DNA of 64,000 nucleotides from an uncultured Gammaproteobacteria bacterium (lineage in GTDB: Bacteria > Pseudomonadota > Gammaproteobacteria > JASBUN01). The position numbers and the translations under genes were made by a program. The notes beneath the pieces were generated by a model. That model ran no database searches and had not been told where the DNA came from. It saw only the letters and a program-made list of their open reading frames with translations. The number at the start of each line of letters is the position of its first letter. Position 1 is the first letter of the stretch. The stretch spans positions 252,787 through 316,786 of the forward strand of contig CAWKIK010000003.1 in the NCBI GenBank assembly GCA_963849825.1, read 5' to 3'. Below, piece after piece: positions 23,801 through 33,873 of the stretch.

Positions 23801-24349
23801 TCAATTGCTGCGCGACTCCTTGCGTTTTTCGCGCTTGTAGCGAGTGAACGGCTCCGTCTTATAGACGCCGTTGCTTGCGTACTCGCCCAGCCACATGAAC
23901 TCGTCCACCCCCGACGTCGCGCCCGTGTACCGCACGGTGAGATTGCCGTCGAGATCGAAGAACGCAAACACCGGCGTGGCGCCACGGTTGTGGGTCACAT
24001 CCGCAAAGAATGCCTTCTGATTGGTGACTTTGCCCTTCGGATCAGTGACTTCGGCAGTGCTCTCGATATCCATCGGAAATACCAGGAAGTGCTTCTTGTA
24101 GTACTCCTGCACCTCCGGCTGGTTCAGTACTGTCTCCTTCATGCGGTGGCAGAACGGGCATTCATCCTGTTCGAAGAAAATCACGATGCCCCGTTTGCCC
24201 TGCTGCCGCGCTGCCGCCAGCTCGCTGGTGAGATCGCCCAGGGTTTGATCGAAGAAATACTGGTCCGGGTTGCGGGGCGCCGCTGCCGCACCGGCAAGCT
24301 GCGCCAGCGCCAGCAATACCACTGCCAAGCCGAGTTTCAATATGGGCAT
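23801..24349 (-). CDS. Periplasmic thioredoxin-fold protein (SoxW-like)
   Basis: Signal peptide, FFEQDECPFCHRM, ATP cis-Pro motif. Confidence 0.75.
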   Translation of the reverse strand: MPILKLGLAVVLLALAQLAGAAAAPRNPDQYFFDQTLGDLTSELAAARQQGKRGIVIFFEQDECPFCHRMKETVLNQPEVQEYYKKHFLVFPMDIESTAEVTDPKGKVTNQKAFFADVTHNRGATPVFAFFDLDGNLTVRYTGATSGVDEFMWLGEYASNGVYKTEPFTRYKREKRKESRSN

Positions 24350-24598
24350 ATAAATATCCAGGTTAATCAAATCAATGGGTTGACCGCTTCTGCTAGTGTG
24401 CGGCCGCCATCCCCCGTACACAAGGTGCTTTAGCACAGTGAGACCATGGTAAAGAGCCGGATGTTGCGGCCGACCACCTGAAAATAGGCCGGCGGCGGGG
24501 CCCGGACAACGCCCGCGGCTATCGGTATACTTGGGCGCGCTACGGCATTGCCTAGGACAAAACGCGGCTACGCACCGCGCAAACGGGAGGGACCATCA

Positions 24599-25327
24599 AT
24601 GACCGTAATGTATGCGAAGGCGCTCGACTTTCATCTGGCTCGAGACGGGCGCCTGGCAGATCTGGGGCAATGGAATGAAGATATCGCCGAATCGCTGGCA
24701 CTGCGCGAGGGGATCGTGCTGACTGCCGAGCACTGGGAGGTTCTCAGTGTAATGCGCCTATTTTATCAGGAATACAACGTTTCCCCGGTACGCAAATTGC
24801 TCAAAAAAGCGATCGCGGATCGTCTCGGACCGGAGAAGGCAACCGATGCCTATCTCGATCAGTTATTCCCGGGCGATGTCCAGATCCAAGGCACGCGTAT
24901 CGCCGGAATCCCCGAACCTCTGCTCGACCAGGAACTGGAGCAGCATGCGTCGAAGGACGCTTTGCGCAACGACAGCGGCCCGGGATTGCAAACATTCGAA
25001 TTCGACGGCCAGGTTTATCAGACTCATGCCAGCGGCAATCTCGTGGATTCATCCGTGTGGAGCGAATCCCTGGGCCGCTACCTGGCCGAACGCGAAGGTA
25101 TCGAGCTCACGCCGGAACATTGGGAAGTCATCCGTTTTCTGCGCGGCTTCTATTTTCAATACGGCATCACGCCGATGGTGAAGTTGCTGGTCAAGCACAT
25201 GCAGGACCAGGACGGCGATGAGCGCATCAACGAATCTTTTCTCTACGAGCTGTATCCGGGCGGCCCTTCGCGTCAGGGCTCGCGAATTGCCGGACTACCC
25301 GAACCCCAAGGCTGCATCGATCCCTGA
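24599..25327 (+). CDS. Tandem two-domain TusE/DsrC-family sulfur relay protein
   Basis: Two repeats of W..(LA..EGI.LT.EHWEV...R.FY)...LY/FP.G...RIAG.P.P; the only Cys is in the C-terminal PQGCI. Confidence 0.85.
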   Translation: MTVMYAKALDFHLARDGRLADLGQWNEDIAESLALREGIVLTAEHWEVLSVMRLFYQEYNVSPVRKLLKKAIADRLGPEKATDAYLDQLFPGDVQIQGTRIAGIPEPLLDQELEQHASKDALRNDSGPGLQTFEFDGQVYQTHASGNLVDSSVWSESLGRYLAEREGIELTPEHWEVIRFLRGFYFQYGITPMVKLLVKHMQDQDGDERINESFLYELYPGGPSRQGSRIAGLPEPQGCIDP

Positions 25328-25340
25328 TTCAGCCTTGCGC

Positions 25341-25370
25341 TTGACAGGGCATTACGCTTGCCCGTAGATT
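25341..25370 (+). promoter_or_regulatory. Putative sigma70 promoter for riboswitch-btuB
   Basis: TTGACA-18 nt-TAGATT immediately before the riboswitch. Confidence 0.5.
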
Positions 25371-25377
25371 GACGCCC

Positions 25378-25600
25378 GCTTCAGGTGCTTCGCCGTCCGT
25401 CGGAAGGCGAAGTGAAACGGGAAGCCGGTGCGTCCGCTTGAACTTCTTGTGCGCTTGTCACGAGGCGTTCGCGGACAAACCCGGCGCTGCCCCCGCAACG
25501 GTAAACGAGTTAAAAGACGGCATATGCCACTGCACCGCAGGTGCGGGAAGGCGCCGCCTCAGGCACCGCCCCTCGTGAGCCCGGAGACCGGCCTGAAGCA
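25378..25600 (+). ncRNA. Cobalamin riboswitch
   Basis: AGGTG...AAACGGGAAGCCGGTG...CCGGCGCTGCCCCCGCAACGGTAA...GCCACTG...GGGAAGG...AGCCCGGAGACCGGCCT (B12 box) upstream of a TonB-dependent receptor. Confidence 0.92.
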
Positions 25601-25748
25601 GGGTCCGTGCGCGCAACGCCGCGGTCCGCGAGTGGGTACCGCGGCGGGCGGTGCAGCCGGGCCAGCATGATTGCTTCTCCCTGCCCTCCCCCCCAGCGGC
25701 ACCCTCCTATCAATGTGCGGGTGTGCACCAGTAATCACTGGGGGAATC

Positions 25749-27806
25749 ATGCAATACAAGTCTTTGGTCGCCGCCGCGGCAATCGCCGCAGGCGCAGCGC
25801 CCGTGAACGCCGAAACTGTTACTGAACCGGCGGTGATCGTCACCGCTACGCGTCTCGACAGCCATCGTCAGCAAGTGCCCGCGAGCGTCACGGTCATTAC
25901 CGCCGATGATATCGCCCGCAGTCCGGCCACCAACTTGGCGGAACTGCTGTCGATGGAAGCAGGGGTGCAGGCACGCAGCCTGTATGGCAACCAGGGCGCA
26001 CGGGCGACAGTTGATCTGCGCGGATTCGGCGTTACCGCAAAACAGAACACACTGATCCTGGTGGATGGCCGGCGACTGAACGACATCGATAATGCCGCCA
26101 TCGATTTCACGGCCGTTCCCTTGGACGATATTGCACGAATCGAAATCATCCGCAGCGGCGGTGCGGTGCTCTACGGCGACGGCACCGCGGGCGGCACCAT
26201 CAACATCGTCACCAAACGCGCCGCCGGCACCAAGATGTCCGGAGAATTGGCTGCCAATGCAGGCAGCTACGCCACCCGCGGCGCGCAAGCGCGCATATCC
26301 GGCGGTTCGGGACTGTTTACTGGCCGCCTGCACACCAGCTTTCTGCAGTCCGACGGTTACCGCGACAACAACCAGCTACTGCAACGCAATGTGCAAGGGG
26401 ATCTGCGCTGGCTCGGCGACCAGGGTGAGCGATTCCTGCGTTTTGGTCTCGACTCCCAGTCCCTTGGGCTGCCAGGCGAACGGCTGGTCGACCCGAGCAT
26501 CGGCCTGAACGAACTGGAAAACGACCGACGCGGCACCGGCAACCCTAATGATTGGGGCAAACAACGGGGCGCTTACGTGACCGCCGGAGTCAGTCGCTAT
26601 CTGTCCAACGACGCCGAGCTGGTCATCGACGGCGGCGTGCGCCGCAAGCAGCAGGAGGCCTTCTTCGACGATTATGACGGCTACCCGCCGTTTTATCCGC
26701 CGGGCACATTTGCACGCTACGTGGACTCCACCCTGGATACCTGGTCGCTGACGCCGCGGCTGACAGTACCCCACGGTGTCGGAGGTCAGCATACGTTGAT
26801 CGCGGGACTGGACTTTTATTATTCCCAATACGATTCGGATCGCGGCCAGACTTCCCGGACCGCGCCGATCCATCACCTCGATGTACGTCAGCGCCGTCTC
26901 GCAGTGTATGTGCATGAGTCGGCTGCGTTGGACGAGCGCACGCACTTCACTGCTGGCGCGCGCATCCAGCGCGTCACCTTGGACTCCGAGGACCGTTACG
27001 ACCCTGCGGCGCCGGGACAACCGTTCGGCGGCAACGAGGCGGCGTCGCTCAAACGTAGCGATACCGAACCGTTACTGGAGCTGGCGCTGCGTCGTGAATT
27101 GACCTCAGCTTGGTCGAGCTTCGCCAAGCTCGAGCGCAGCGTGCGTTTTGGCACCATCGATGAGATCTTCGAAACCGATCCGCGCACCTTTGCGTTGGAA
27201 TTCTCGCCTTTGGAGCCGCAAACCGGCAACCACCTCGACATCGGCGCCGAATACCGCAACGGCACCGAGCAATTCAGCGCGGGTGTGTATTACATGCGGC
27301 TGAAAAATGAGATCCACTTCGATCCGACCACGTTCACGAATATCAATTTGGACCCGACCCGGCGCTACGGCATCGAACTTCGGGGACAGCATGCATTCAA
27401 CGCCCAGTGGAAGTTGACCGCCAACTACACCTACGCGCGCGCTCAGTTCCGCGAAGGCGCCAATGCCGGCAATGACGTTCCACTGGTTCCCCGGCACAGC
27501 GCCACACTCGGTGTGCAATGGCAACCGCGCAGCGACCTGCTGTTGTCGCTACTCGGACGCTACGTCGGTGAACAGCGCTTTGACAACGATCAGGCGAATA
27601 CCGCCGACCGGATTCCAGACTTCGCCATGGTCGATGTACTGCTATCCAAGCAGCACAAGGATTGGCGTTTTGAAGCCCGGGTCAACAACGTGTTGGATAA
27701 ACGGGCCTACGACACCGGCGTAGTGAGCACCACCACCCCCGGTCGCTTTGCTGCCTACCCGCTTCCTGAACGCAACCTGAGCCTAACGGTGCGCCGTCGC
27801 TTTTGA
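25749..27806 (+). CDS. btuB: TonB-dependent receptor, probable cobalamin transporter
   Basis: Signal peptide, VIVTATR, plug domain (LILVDGRR, IARIEIIR...VLYG), C-terminal F; preceded by the B12 riboswitch. Confidence 0.8.
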   Translation: MQYKSLVAAAAIAAGAAPVNAETVTEPAVIVTATRLDSHRQQVPASVTVITADDIARSPATNLAELLSMEAGVQARSLYGNQGARATVDLRGFGVTAKQNTLILVDGRRLNDIDNAAIDFTAVPLDDIARIEIIRSGGAVLYGDGTAGGTINIVTKRAAGTKMSGELAANAGSYATRGAQARISGGSGLFTGRLHTSFLQSDGYRDNNQLLQRNVQGDLRWLGDQGERFLRFGLDSQSLGLPGERLVDPSIGLNELENDRRGTGNPNDWGKQRGAYVTAGVSRYLSNDAELVIDGGVRRKQQEAFFDDYDGYPPFYPPGTFARYVDSTLDTWSLTPRLTVPHGVGGQHTLIAGLDFYYSQYDSDRGQTSRTAPIHHLDVRQRRLAVYVHESAALDERTHFTAGARIQRVTLDSEDRYDPAAPGQPFGGNEAASLKRSDTEPLLELALRRELTSAWSSFAKLERSVRFGTIDEIFETDPRTFALEFSPLEPQTGNHLDIGAEYRNGTEQFSAGVYYMRLKNEIHFDPTTFTNINLDPTRRYGIELRGQHAFNAQWKLTANYTYARAQFREGANAGNDVPLVPRHSATLGVQWQPRSDLLLSLLGRYVGEQRFDNDQANTADRIPDFAMVDVLLSKQHKDWRFEARVNNVLDKRAYDTGVVSTTTPGRFAAYPLPERNLSLTVRRRF

Positions 27807-28676
27807 GGCATCGATCCCCTGGAGCTGTTCACACAGCAAACGGGCGCCGTCGAGCAAGCGCGCGCTCGGTCTTTGCAGCAGATCCGCCGGCACGTAGAAC
27901 AAGTGCCGATTGCGCACGGCTCGCAGCTGCGGCCAGACGCCCCAGCGCGCCAGCGGCGCGTCGTCGCCGGAGCTCCGGCCGGCGACCATGATCTGTGGGT
28001 CGCGGGCCAGCACCGATTCCACACTGACGTGTGGCGCACTGTTTGCCAGATCGGCGAATACGTTCCTGCCTCCACAGAGGGAAATGACCTCACTGATGAA
28101 TTGCGTGCCGTTGACGGTGATCAACGGCTCACCCCATACCTGATAAAACACCGACAACGGTTGTCGGCGTCCGAATTCCTTGCCGAGGTTTTTTTGCCGC
28201 CGCCGAAATTCGGCGGCGGCATCCTGCGCCGCATTCTCGTGGCCGGTCAAGCGGCCGAGACGCTCCATGGTAAGCGCAATGTCGTCCAGGCGCTTCGGTT
28301 CGCTGACGAAGACCGCAATACCGGTGGCGCGCAAGCGGGCCACCAGACGCGGCGGGGAGCCGCTCTGCCACAGCAACACCAGATCAGGGCGCGCGGCCAG
28401 CAGCCGTTCAAGGTCGACGTGGGTGGCGCTTCCTACCCGGGGCAATTCCCGGACGGCAGGAGGGTAGTTACTGAATCGGTCGACACTGACCAGACGGTTG
28501 CCGGCGCCGATGCTGAAAACCAATTCGGTCAAGCCCGGCGCCAGGCTAACGATCCGCTGCGCGGGACGCTGCAGCTGTACGCGGTAACCGGCGTCGTCGC
28601 GCACCGCGATTCGCCCGGCTGCGACGGCGCCGCAGCTCAGCGCGCAACACGCCAGTGCCAAGAGAGTTCGCAACAT
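27783..28676 (-). CDS. btuF: Cobalamin-binding periplasmic protein
   Basis: RIVSLAPGLTELVF, LCGGRNVF, RPSARL; two Cys as in BtuF; adjacent to btuB. Confidence 0.8.
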   Translation of the reverse strand: MLRTLLALACCALSCGAVAAGRIAVRDDAGYRVQLQRPAQRIVSLAPGLTELVFSIGAGNRLVSVDRFSNYPPAVRELPRVGSATHVDLERLLAARPDLVLLWQSGSPPRLVARLRATGIAVFVSEPKRLDDIALTMERLGRLTGHENAAQDAAAEFRRRQKNLGKEFGRRQPLSVFYQVWGEPLITVNGTQFISEVISLCGGRNVFADLANSAPHVSVESVLARDPQIMVAGRSSGDDAPLARWGVWPQLRAVRNRHLFYVPADLLQRPSARLLDGARLLCEQLQGIDASKATAHR

Positions 28677-28732
28677 GGCGTGCTATTCTACGGCATGCAT
28701 TGCAGACTCCCTAGCGAGGGCGGCTGAACGTC

Positions 28733-29173
28733 ATGGCGCAACCGTTCTGGAAACACAAAATTCTTGGGGAATTGAGCCGCGCGGAGTGGGAAAGTCTCTG
28801 TGACGGCTGCGGCCGTTGCTGCCTGCACAAGCTCGAGGATCTGGATACCGGCGAAATACACTACACGCGCGTCGCCTGCCGGCTGCTCGATCTGCATACG
28901 TGCCGATGCACCGATTACACTCGACGCACTGCTCGCGTCTCGGACTGTGAAGTACTGTCTCCCGCGAGCGTCGAAAACCTGTCCTGGTTGCCCGTGACCT
29001 GTGCTTATCGCCTGATATCCGAAGGTGCGGATTTACCGGCGTGGCACCCGCTACAGAGCGGCGATCCGGAGACGGTGCACGCCGCCGGAATCTCGGTTCG
29101 GAACCTGGCGGTGAGCGAAGTGGATGTGGACGATCTCGAGGATTACCTGCTGGACCGTTCCCTCGCTGAGTGA
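28733..29173 (+). CDS. ycgN: YcgN family (UPF0260) cysteine-cluster protein
   Basis: [30 protein letters not shown]. Confidence 0.9.
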   Translation: MAQPFWKHKILGELSRAEWESLCDGCGRCCLHKLEDLDTGEIHYTRVACRLLDLHTCRCTDYTRRTARVSDCEVLSPASVENLSWLPVTCAYRLISEGADLPAWHPLQSGDPETVHAAGISVRNLAVSEVDVDDLEDYLLDRSLAE

Positions 29174-29240
29174 CTCTTGGCAGCGGCGCCCCGCTTTCGG
29201 CACGATTGGTCGGCATCGACGGAATCGGTGACAGCACTGC

Positions 29241-29903
29241 TCAACCGGTTTCGCCGCCCATTTTGCTTGCGCGTTCTGCGGCGGAATGGTCCGGGGCATG
29301 CAGGCTGCCGGCATGGAACAACAACTGCGCCCTGGCTTCCACTCCCCTACCGTGAACCGCAACGCGACTGACGCCGGCATACGGCACATGGATACGATAG
29401 GCGCGATCCAAAGGTGCGGCCAACACACCGCCGATCACCATACGCATGACACCGGCGTGCGTGACCAGCAACACCCGGCGACCGGCATGTGTAGTCAACA
29501 GCGATGCCCAAGCCGACAGTACCCGATCACAAAATTCCTGCAAAGGCTCGGCTCCGGCCGGTCGCTCATGGAGCGGGTCACGATAGAAAGCAGCTACCGT
29601 TCCGGGCGCCTGCGCTTCGATTTCGTCCTTGGTCATGCCTTCCCACGATCCAAAACCGACCTCTTTGAACCGTTCCTCGAAAGACAGCGGAATCCCGCGC
29701 GCATCGGCGAGCCACTGCGCGAAAGCCTGACAACGTCGTAATGGTGAACTGACGATCGCGTCCCAGGCAACGTGATCCCCGACTGCCTCGCGCATCTGTT
29801 GCCAGCCGCGCTCGGTCAACGGATCGTCCTTCTGACCGCGATATCGGCTGCCGCCCTGCGGCTCGCCGTGACGCAGCAAATCGACTTGCGTAACTGCATT
29901 CAT
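29241..29903 (-). CDS. Histidine phosphatase family protein (CobC/alpha-ribazole phosphatase-like)
   Basis: LLRHGE, SSPLRRC, EVGFGSWEG, VTHAG; next to cobalamin uptake genes. Confidence 0.75.
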   Translation of the reverse strand: MNAVTQVDLLRHGEPQGGSRYRGQKDDPLTERGWQQMREAVGDHVAWDAIVSSPLRRCQAFAQWLADARGIPLSFEERFKEVGFGSWEGMTKDEIEAQAPGTVAAFYRDPLHERPAGAEPLQEFCDRVLSAWASLLTTHAGRRVLLVTHAGVMRMVIGGVLAAPLDRAYRIHVPYAGVSRVAVHGRGVEARAQLLFHAGSLHAPDHSAAERASKMGGETG

Positions 29904-29913
29904 GCCAGAAGCT

Positions 29914-30463
29914 TCAATCCTTGTGAGATACGACTGTCCGACCGTGATCGGCGTGGGACAGATACAGTGCCAGTCCGATCAGCGCAATGCCCGCGGCACG
30001 ATATAGCAGCTCAAGCGCGGAACCGAATCGCACCTCCACTGCGTATTCAAAGAACTTGACGATCAAGATCATCAACACGACTTTTCCCAGGCGCGCTTTA
30101 AGATCGTCGAGGCTTTCGATGACCAGCACTTTTGAGGAGGTTTCCGCGCCCGCCGCTTGATCGATCTTGCTGATGAACAACTCGTACAAACCCAAGGCAA
30201 AAATCCGCATCACCGTCGCTAACAAATAGCCGTCCACGATTTCGACCACATGCGTGACGGTGCTGGCCCGCATTTGTTCCCGCGCCTGGTCGGTCAAGGC
30301 CGGCGAAGCATAATCGATCAGATGGACGATCATGTAGTAGGCGTCGACGGTGGCAATATAAAACATTGCCAAGCCGGTGAACAAACTCGCCACCACCGCA
30401 GCGATGACCACCAGGCGACTGCGCCAAAGTAAGGATTCGAACAACTTTTTCGATGCGTTGCAC
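29914..30463 (-). pseudogene. YqhA (UPF0114) family membrane protein with apparent N-terminal frameshift
   Basis: FESLLWRSR, VDGYLL, GLYELFISKID, SLDDLKARLGKV motifs; natural-looking start GTG-CAA-CGC-ATC-GAA is out of frame by one extra A. Confidence 0.6.
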
Positions 30464-30525
30464 AGTGAGGCTGGCGACCACAAAGGGGGCCGATCGCCCG
30501 TCCACGGACCACGTTATCGATGCAC

Positions 30526-30558
30526 CAAAGCAAAAGGGCCCTCCAGGGGCCCTTTGCC
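30526..30558 (-). terminator. Rho-independent terminator after the LysM gene
   Basis: GCAAAGGGCCCC-TGGA-GGGCCCTTTTGCTTT on the minus strand. Confidence 0.7.
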
Positions 30559-30583
30559 GACCGACCGGGCTGGAATTTTGTAA

Positions 30584-31237
30584 TCAGCGCCCCAGGTAGG
30601 CGCGATCGGAGTCTTCCATCTGGCCGATGGTCCACGCACCGCGGGTTTTGGCGTGGCGAATCGCAGCATCGACGTCGGCCGAAGCCGGCGATGCATCGAT
30701 CGCGAACTGCTGGCCAGGGAAAATCAGGTCCGCATCTTTGATCTTATCGGCATTGGTTTTATAGATCAGCGGCCACTGATAGGGATCAGAGTAGATTTCC
30801 GGTTTGCCGGAGATTTTCCACAAGCTGTCACCCCGCACCACCTTGTAGCTACCTGAATTGCTGGAGGAAGACTTCTTGAAGCGCAGACCGCGATCCATCT
30901 GCTGCTCTTTCTGATATTGCTCGACTGCCAGATTGGCCTGATCCTTCGCCTTGTTCGCCTTCTTGACGGCGTCTTCGTATTTGCCCTCCTTGTAGTCCTT
31001 TTCCGCTTCCTTCAGGAACTTCTCTGTATCGCGCCAGATCCAATTGTTTTCCTTGGCCTTGGCGAGTGCGTCTTTGGCGTCGGCTATGGCCTTCTCGGCC
31101 GCTTGCGCGTCGGGTCCCGCCTGTTTTGCGGCGGTAGGCTCGGCTTCCGGTTTCTGCTGCTGTTGTGCGCAGCCGGCAACCATACCCATGGACAATACGA
31201 TGATCCCCAGAGTGGTCAGGCGAGAGAGCGTATTCAT
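30584..31237 (-). CDS. LysM-domain lipoprotein with N-terminal SoxK/DUF4398-like helical domain
   Basis: Lipobox VAGC; YKVVRGDSLWKIS...WPLIY..N...I.D.DLIFPGQ LysM domain; WIWRDTEK helical hairpin. Confidence 0.85.
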   Translation of the reverse strand: MNTLSRLTTLGIIVLSMGMVAGCAQQQQKPEAEPTAAKQAGPDAQAAEKAIADAKDALAKAKENNWIWRDTEKFLKEAEKDYKEGKYEDAVKKANKAKDQANLAVEQYQKEQQMDRGLRFKKSSSSNSGSYKVVRGDSLWKISGKPEIYSDPYQWPLIYKTNADKIKDADLIFPGQQFAIDASPASADVDAAIRHAKTRGAWTIGQMEDSDRAYLGR

Positions 31238-31389
31238 TGTTATTGACTCCAAAGCTACCGGTTTGTCTTATGAATTAATGCCTTACGTTAGGCGCGTAAG
31301 TGTTATGCAAGCTAACACCCCACTTGCGATACTGTCAAGGAATAATAGCTAAGTCCCTTCGAATTGTGAACAATTTCGTGTTTGCGGCG

Positions 31390-31698
31390 TCATTGCCCAG
31401 GATGCTCGATGGCTTTCTCGCGCGCTGTCAGCGCTTGGCGCTTGGCGGACAACGCATCTGAACGAGCCCGCTTGTACTCGCCCAACTCCAACGCCTTCTG
31501 CGCACGTTCAAGCATCTGCTGTGCAAGTTCGAATTCCGAGGGCGAGCGTTGCGGCGCACCGGCATCCTTTGCTGCCTGAATCGCCTGGCGGGCATCGCTC
31601 ATTTCCTGAACCGGCGCCACGGAGCATGCGCCCAAGAGTACAAGCGCCAGCGCCAGCAGCCGCAAAATTGCAGTAAATCTGATATGTTTCACCATCAT
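31390..31698 (-). CDS. DUF4398-domain lipoprotein
   Basis: Lipobox LGAC, APVQEMSDARQAIQAA..AGA motif. Confidence 0.8.
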   Translation of the reverse strand: MMVKHIRFTAILRLLALALVLLGACSVAPVQEMSDARQAIQAAKDAGAPQRSPSEFELAQQMLERAQKALELGEYKRARSDALSAKRQALTAREKAIEHPGQ

Positions 31699-31770
31699 CT
31701 AGCGTGAAACCGTCAGCCCGATTACGACCACACTCGGTCCCCATTCCCATAATCGATTGCGCCAGACTAA

Positions 31771-33149
<1,379 letters not shown>

Positions 33150-33161
<12 letters not shown>

Positions 33162-33857
33162 TTCGCCGCGGCCGAGCACTTCGCGCACGAACGGCACGGT
33201 CAGGCGGCGCTTTGCCGCCAGTGATTCGCGATCGAGGCGTTCGAGCAAGGCAAACAAGGCGGGCAAGTCGCGGCGATAGTGGCGCAGCAGATAACGCCCA
33301 GCGTCGTCGCTCAATTCCAGTCCCTTGGCGCTGGCGTGGGCGCGAAGTACGGACAGCTTCTGCTCGTCGTCGAGGGCAACGAGGCGAAACACCGCGCTCA
33401 ACGACAAGCGCGACACCAGATCGGCAAGCTGCAGGCCGCATTCCGAAGGCGGGGCAGCCGCGCTGACCACCAACTTCGCGCCATGTTCCAAGACACCGTT
33501 GACCAAGCCAAACAACGCCCTTTCCCAGGACGATTGGCCGGCGACGAAATCGATGTCGTCGATGCACACCAAGTCGGTTTCCTCCATTCCCTTGACCATA
33601 TCCACCGACAGCCCCGCCGACTCCCCCAGCGGCACATAGGCAACCGTGTGGTCGCGGATCGCCGCATGGTGGCAGGCCGCCTGCAGCAGGTGGCTGCGGC
33701 CGGTACCCGGGGTTCCCCAGAGGAACAGCAAGGACGGTTCCCGGCCGCTGGCACAGGCCAGCGCCGCCGCCACGGCGCCGGCATTGGGGCCTGCATAGAA
33801 ATTTTCGAACCGGGCATGTTCCGGCAATTCCAACCCCAGCGGCAACTGCGCGCCCAT
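33150..33857 (-). CDS. hda: DnaA regulatory inactivator Hda
   Basis: QLPLGL clamp-binding motif, GTGRSHLLQA, DLVSRL, RRLTVPFVREVL. Confidence 0.93.
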
Positions 33858-33873
33858 GGATCCCCCGCGCCGG

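Noticed and set aside
24360-24380. FNR-like site TTAATCAAATCAA upstream of the SoxW-like gene
   Set aside because: Spacing and half-site do not match TTGAT-N4-ATCAA
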